Positions 61,967-64,000 of a stretch of DNA of 64,000 bases are shown here, one piece after another (the stretch's first letter is position 1; every line of letters begins with the position of its first letter). The notes under the pieces were generated by a model. The model had not been told where the DNA came from. It saw only the letters and a program-made list of their open reading frames with translations, and did no database searches. The stretch covers positions 78,436-142,435 of the forward strand of contig JBCBZT010000014.1 in the NCBI GenBank assembly GCA_039815185.1. Reading direction: 5' to 3'. The position numbers were made by a program, and so were the translations under genes. Origin of the DNA: Cyanobacteria bacterium P01_A01_bin.123. GTDB taxonomy: Bacteria; Cyanobacteriota; Cyanobacteriia; Phormidesmidales; Phormidesmidaceae.

Positions 61967-62088
61967 AGGGAGATCCTCAATTCGATAATGCTAGAAATCA
62001 ATGATGAAGCCATTGAGTAATCCTAGATTAGCGCAGTCTTCGAGAATTCTCACAGTCCCTTACGAAGATGTCATCATACTTGAAAAAA

Positions 62089-63930
62089 CTAGGGTGCCTC
62101 GGCAATCAAAGTCAAGCGATAACTCCGTACTTGCCATGGCGAAATGCCCGTAATCAGAGGATTGTCAGCGATTTCACGGAGATCAGTTTCTAACAAGTTT
62201 ACAGGTTGCCTTTGCCCGATCGGTAAAGACGTTTCCAGGTTGAGTTCTCCCCTATCTCCGTGGGCCTCATAACCCCGAAGGATGTACTGGTTGGGGTTAT
62301 CCTCTGATTGTTTGAAGGTCGATAAAACCACGTTTGGGCTGCCCATGCTTAAGAAACTTTGCGCCCAGAGGACTTGGCCGCCTGAATGGGGGTTTGACAA
62401 ATCGAGAATGGGGGCGTTGGGGTGTGGCGCTGGCGGACAAAAGACGCTTTGGAGCGATACATTCAGCCCGTGGGCTTGGCGAACTGTATGGGCCTGTTGC
62501 CAGGAACCGCTGTGGGGATACACACCGTAGGTGAACCGATGAACACCGCGATCGCAGGTTGGATCAGGCCACAACGGTGCTTTCAGCAGGGTCAGCCGCA
62601 GTTGATTGGGGGCGGCATCATATCCATGTTTATAGTCGCTTAAAAGACTGACACCATAATTAAGATCACAGTCGCGCTGGCTCAAATCAGCCCAGCGAAC
62701 TGCTGGAACTTCCCATTGGGCTTGTTCTTGAGGAGTTTGGGGTTGGGTCGTACGGGCGATCGCCCCATAGGCTGTTTCATAGGTCGCCTGGTCAGCGTGA
62801 AGCGTGAACGGAAAGGCCGTTTTCAGCACCACCTGTTCTGCCTGCCAGTCAGCTGTCGTCTCAATTTTCAGTACTGGGCTAGCCGCGTCAAGCACATAAT
62901 CTTGGGTAAAGGTGGATGTCCCCCGGGTTTTAAGCGTCAACGTTCGCGCCACTCGCAATCGCTGACGTAGCGGCCCATATTCCACCCAGGCAATAGATTG
63001 CAACTGGGTCGGCGGTAAGGGATGTTTTGCATAGTTTGGGGCAATGTTCCAGGCGTCCCAATATTGACCGCTGTCTTCAAAGGCTTGGAGCTGATTGCCT
63101 GGTGCCCGCAGCACCTCTCTGCCGACGGTTTTGTCATAGAGGCTGACTAAGTCTCCCGTGGTGGTATTGATGGTGACTTTGAGCCGGGCATTTTCTAGAA
63201 CTGGCGTGTTGGGGGATGCGGGAGTGGGGGAGTGGCTTCGACGTGAGGCTTCGACGGTGAGCTCAGCCGAACCGCTCAACCGCACGGGGAGCGATGGGGC
63301 AAGCCAGTAGAGGCGGTAGCCTACGGAGGGAATTGCTTCGGCTAAAAATAGTAGCGTTTCATTGGATTCATCAGTTTTAGCCTGTATTTGAGTTGAAACC
63401 GTTTCACCTGCGGCGGTATACACCTGCCAATTCATATCTGGGTCAATCTCGTCAGGGATTTGAATGGTGGCTAACTCGGTGCGCGCCCAGCTCAGTCCGT
63501 TGAACACGACAAAAGGAATTGCGTCAGGCACTGGTGGGTCTGGTAAGGGGATTTGGGCGGCGATCGCGGCCTGGGCCTCCTGCAAAACTCGTTCCCCCGT
63601 AGCTTGGGTTTGCTGCCAGGTTTGATTGGCGGTGGTAAACACCTCTGGAATCGAGGTTCCGGGCAAGATGTCGTGGAACTGGTTGAATAACATTCCCTTC
63701 CAGGCGGTTTCTAATTCGGCTTGGGGGTACCGGTAGGGGGTGGTGAGTTGGGCGATCGCGGCGAAGATTTCTGCCTGGGTAAGCAGGTCTTCACAGCGGC
63801 GGTTGAACTGTTTTTGATCGGCGTGGGTGGTGTAGCAGCCGCGGTGGAGTTCGAGGTAGAGGTCGGTGGGGTGGAGGGGGAGAGCGGGCTTCATTGACTG
63901 AACCCAGGAGATTAGTGGTATCTTCAACAC
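62089..63930 (-). CDS. alpha-mannosidase (GH38) middle and C-terminal domains only; split gene or pseudogene
   Basis: DLYLELHRGCYTTH, LFNQFHDILPGTSI, WDAWN, WEVPA and LRLTLL. The catalytic N-terminal domain is absent from this frame, with an in-frame TAA at 63931-63933. Confidence 0.8.
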   Translation of the reverse strand: MLKIPLISWVQSMKPALPLHPTDLYLELHRGCYTTHADQKQFNRRCEDLLTQAEIFAAIAQLTTPYRYPQAELETAWKGMLFNQFHDILPGTSIPEVFTTANQTWQQTQATGERVLQEAQAAIAAQIPLPDPPVPDAIPFVVFNGLSWARTELATIQIPDEIDPDMNWQVYTAAGETVSTQIQAKTDESNETLLFLAEAIPSVGYRLYWLAPSLPVRLSGSAELTVEASRRSHSPTPASPNTPVLENARLKVTINTTTGDLVSLYDKTVGREVLRAPGNQLQAFEDSGQYWDAWNIAPNYAKHPLPPTQLQSIAWVEYGPLRQRLRVARTLTLKTRGTSTFTQDYVLDAASPVLKIETTADWQAEQVVLKTAFPFTLHADQATYETAYGAIARTTQPQTPQEQAQWEVPAVRWADLSQRDCDLNYGVSLLSDYKHGYDAAPNQLRLTLLKAPLWPDPTCDRGVHRFTYGVYPHSGSWQQAHTVRQAHGLNVSLQSVFCPPAPHPNAPILDLSNPHSGGQVLWAQSFLSMGSPNVVLSTFKQSEDNPNQYILRGYEAHGDRGELNLETSLPIGQRQPVNLLETDLREIADNPLITGISPWQVRSYRLTLIAEAP

Positions 63931-64000
63931 TTAATTTCCTTGATACTTGTTGAAAGTTTGCGACTATATTATCTGACTGGGTGTAATCATAATCTATTGG

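Overview
This is a chromosomal window from a cyanobacterium: it carries frequent HIP1 octamers (GCGATCGC), ndhS, apcD and glcE/glcF. Gene style suggests a Leptolyngbya/Nodosilinea-like filamentous strain, but that is inference. Most genes are housekeeping or metabolic (thrC, phosphoketolase-like, cobH/cobL, recQ, adk, mazG, gnd, pheT, argG, hpxO, TRAP dctQM, GH57, rlmD, infC, tRNA-Val). The most notable accessory region is a minus-strand polysaccharide locus at about 16.2-24.9 kb. It is headed by an HpsE-like GT2 glycosyltransferase fused to a catalytically degenerate EAL domain, followed by an alkaline-phosphatase-superfamily enzyme, a GT4 and three AT-rich sulfotransferase-fold genes. This is a candidate c-di-GMP-gated sulfated exopolysaccharide system. 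Other points of interest: (1) an ECF sigma/anti-sigma pair with a SigK-type promoter directly upstream of a VKOR-thioredoxin fusion that lacks the usual electron-shuttle loop cysteine pair; (2) a plant-type threonine synthase; (3) an infC that must start at a non-canonical codon; (4) a split GH38 mannosidase; (5) an IS200 element, two kinds of MITE-like elements, REP-like palindromes and a possible attC half-site. No CRISPR array, rRNA or prophage was seen. All calls come from motif recognition by eye; no database searches were run.
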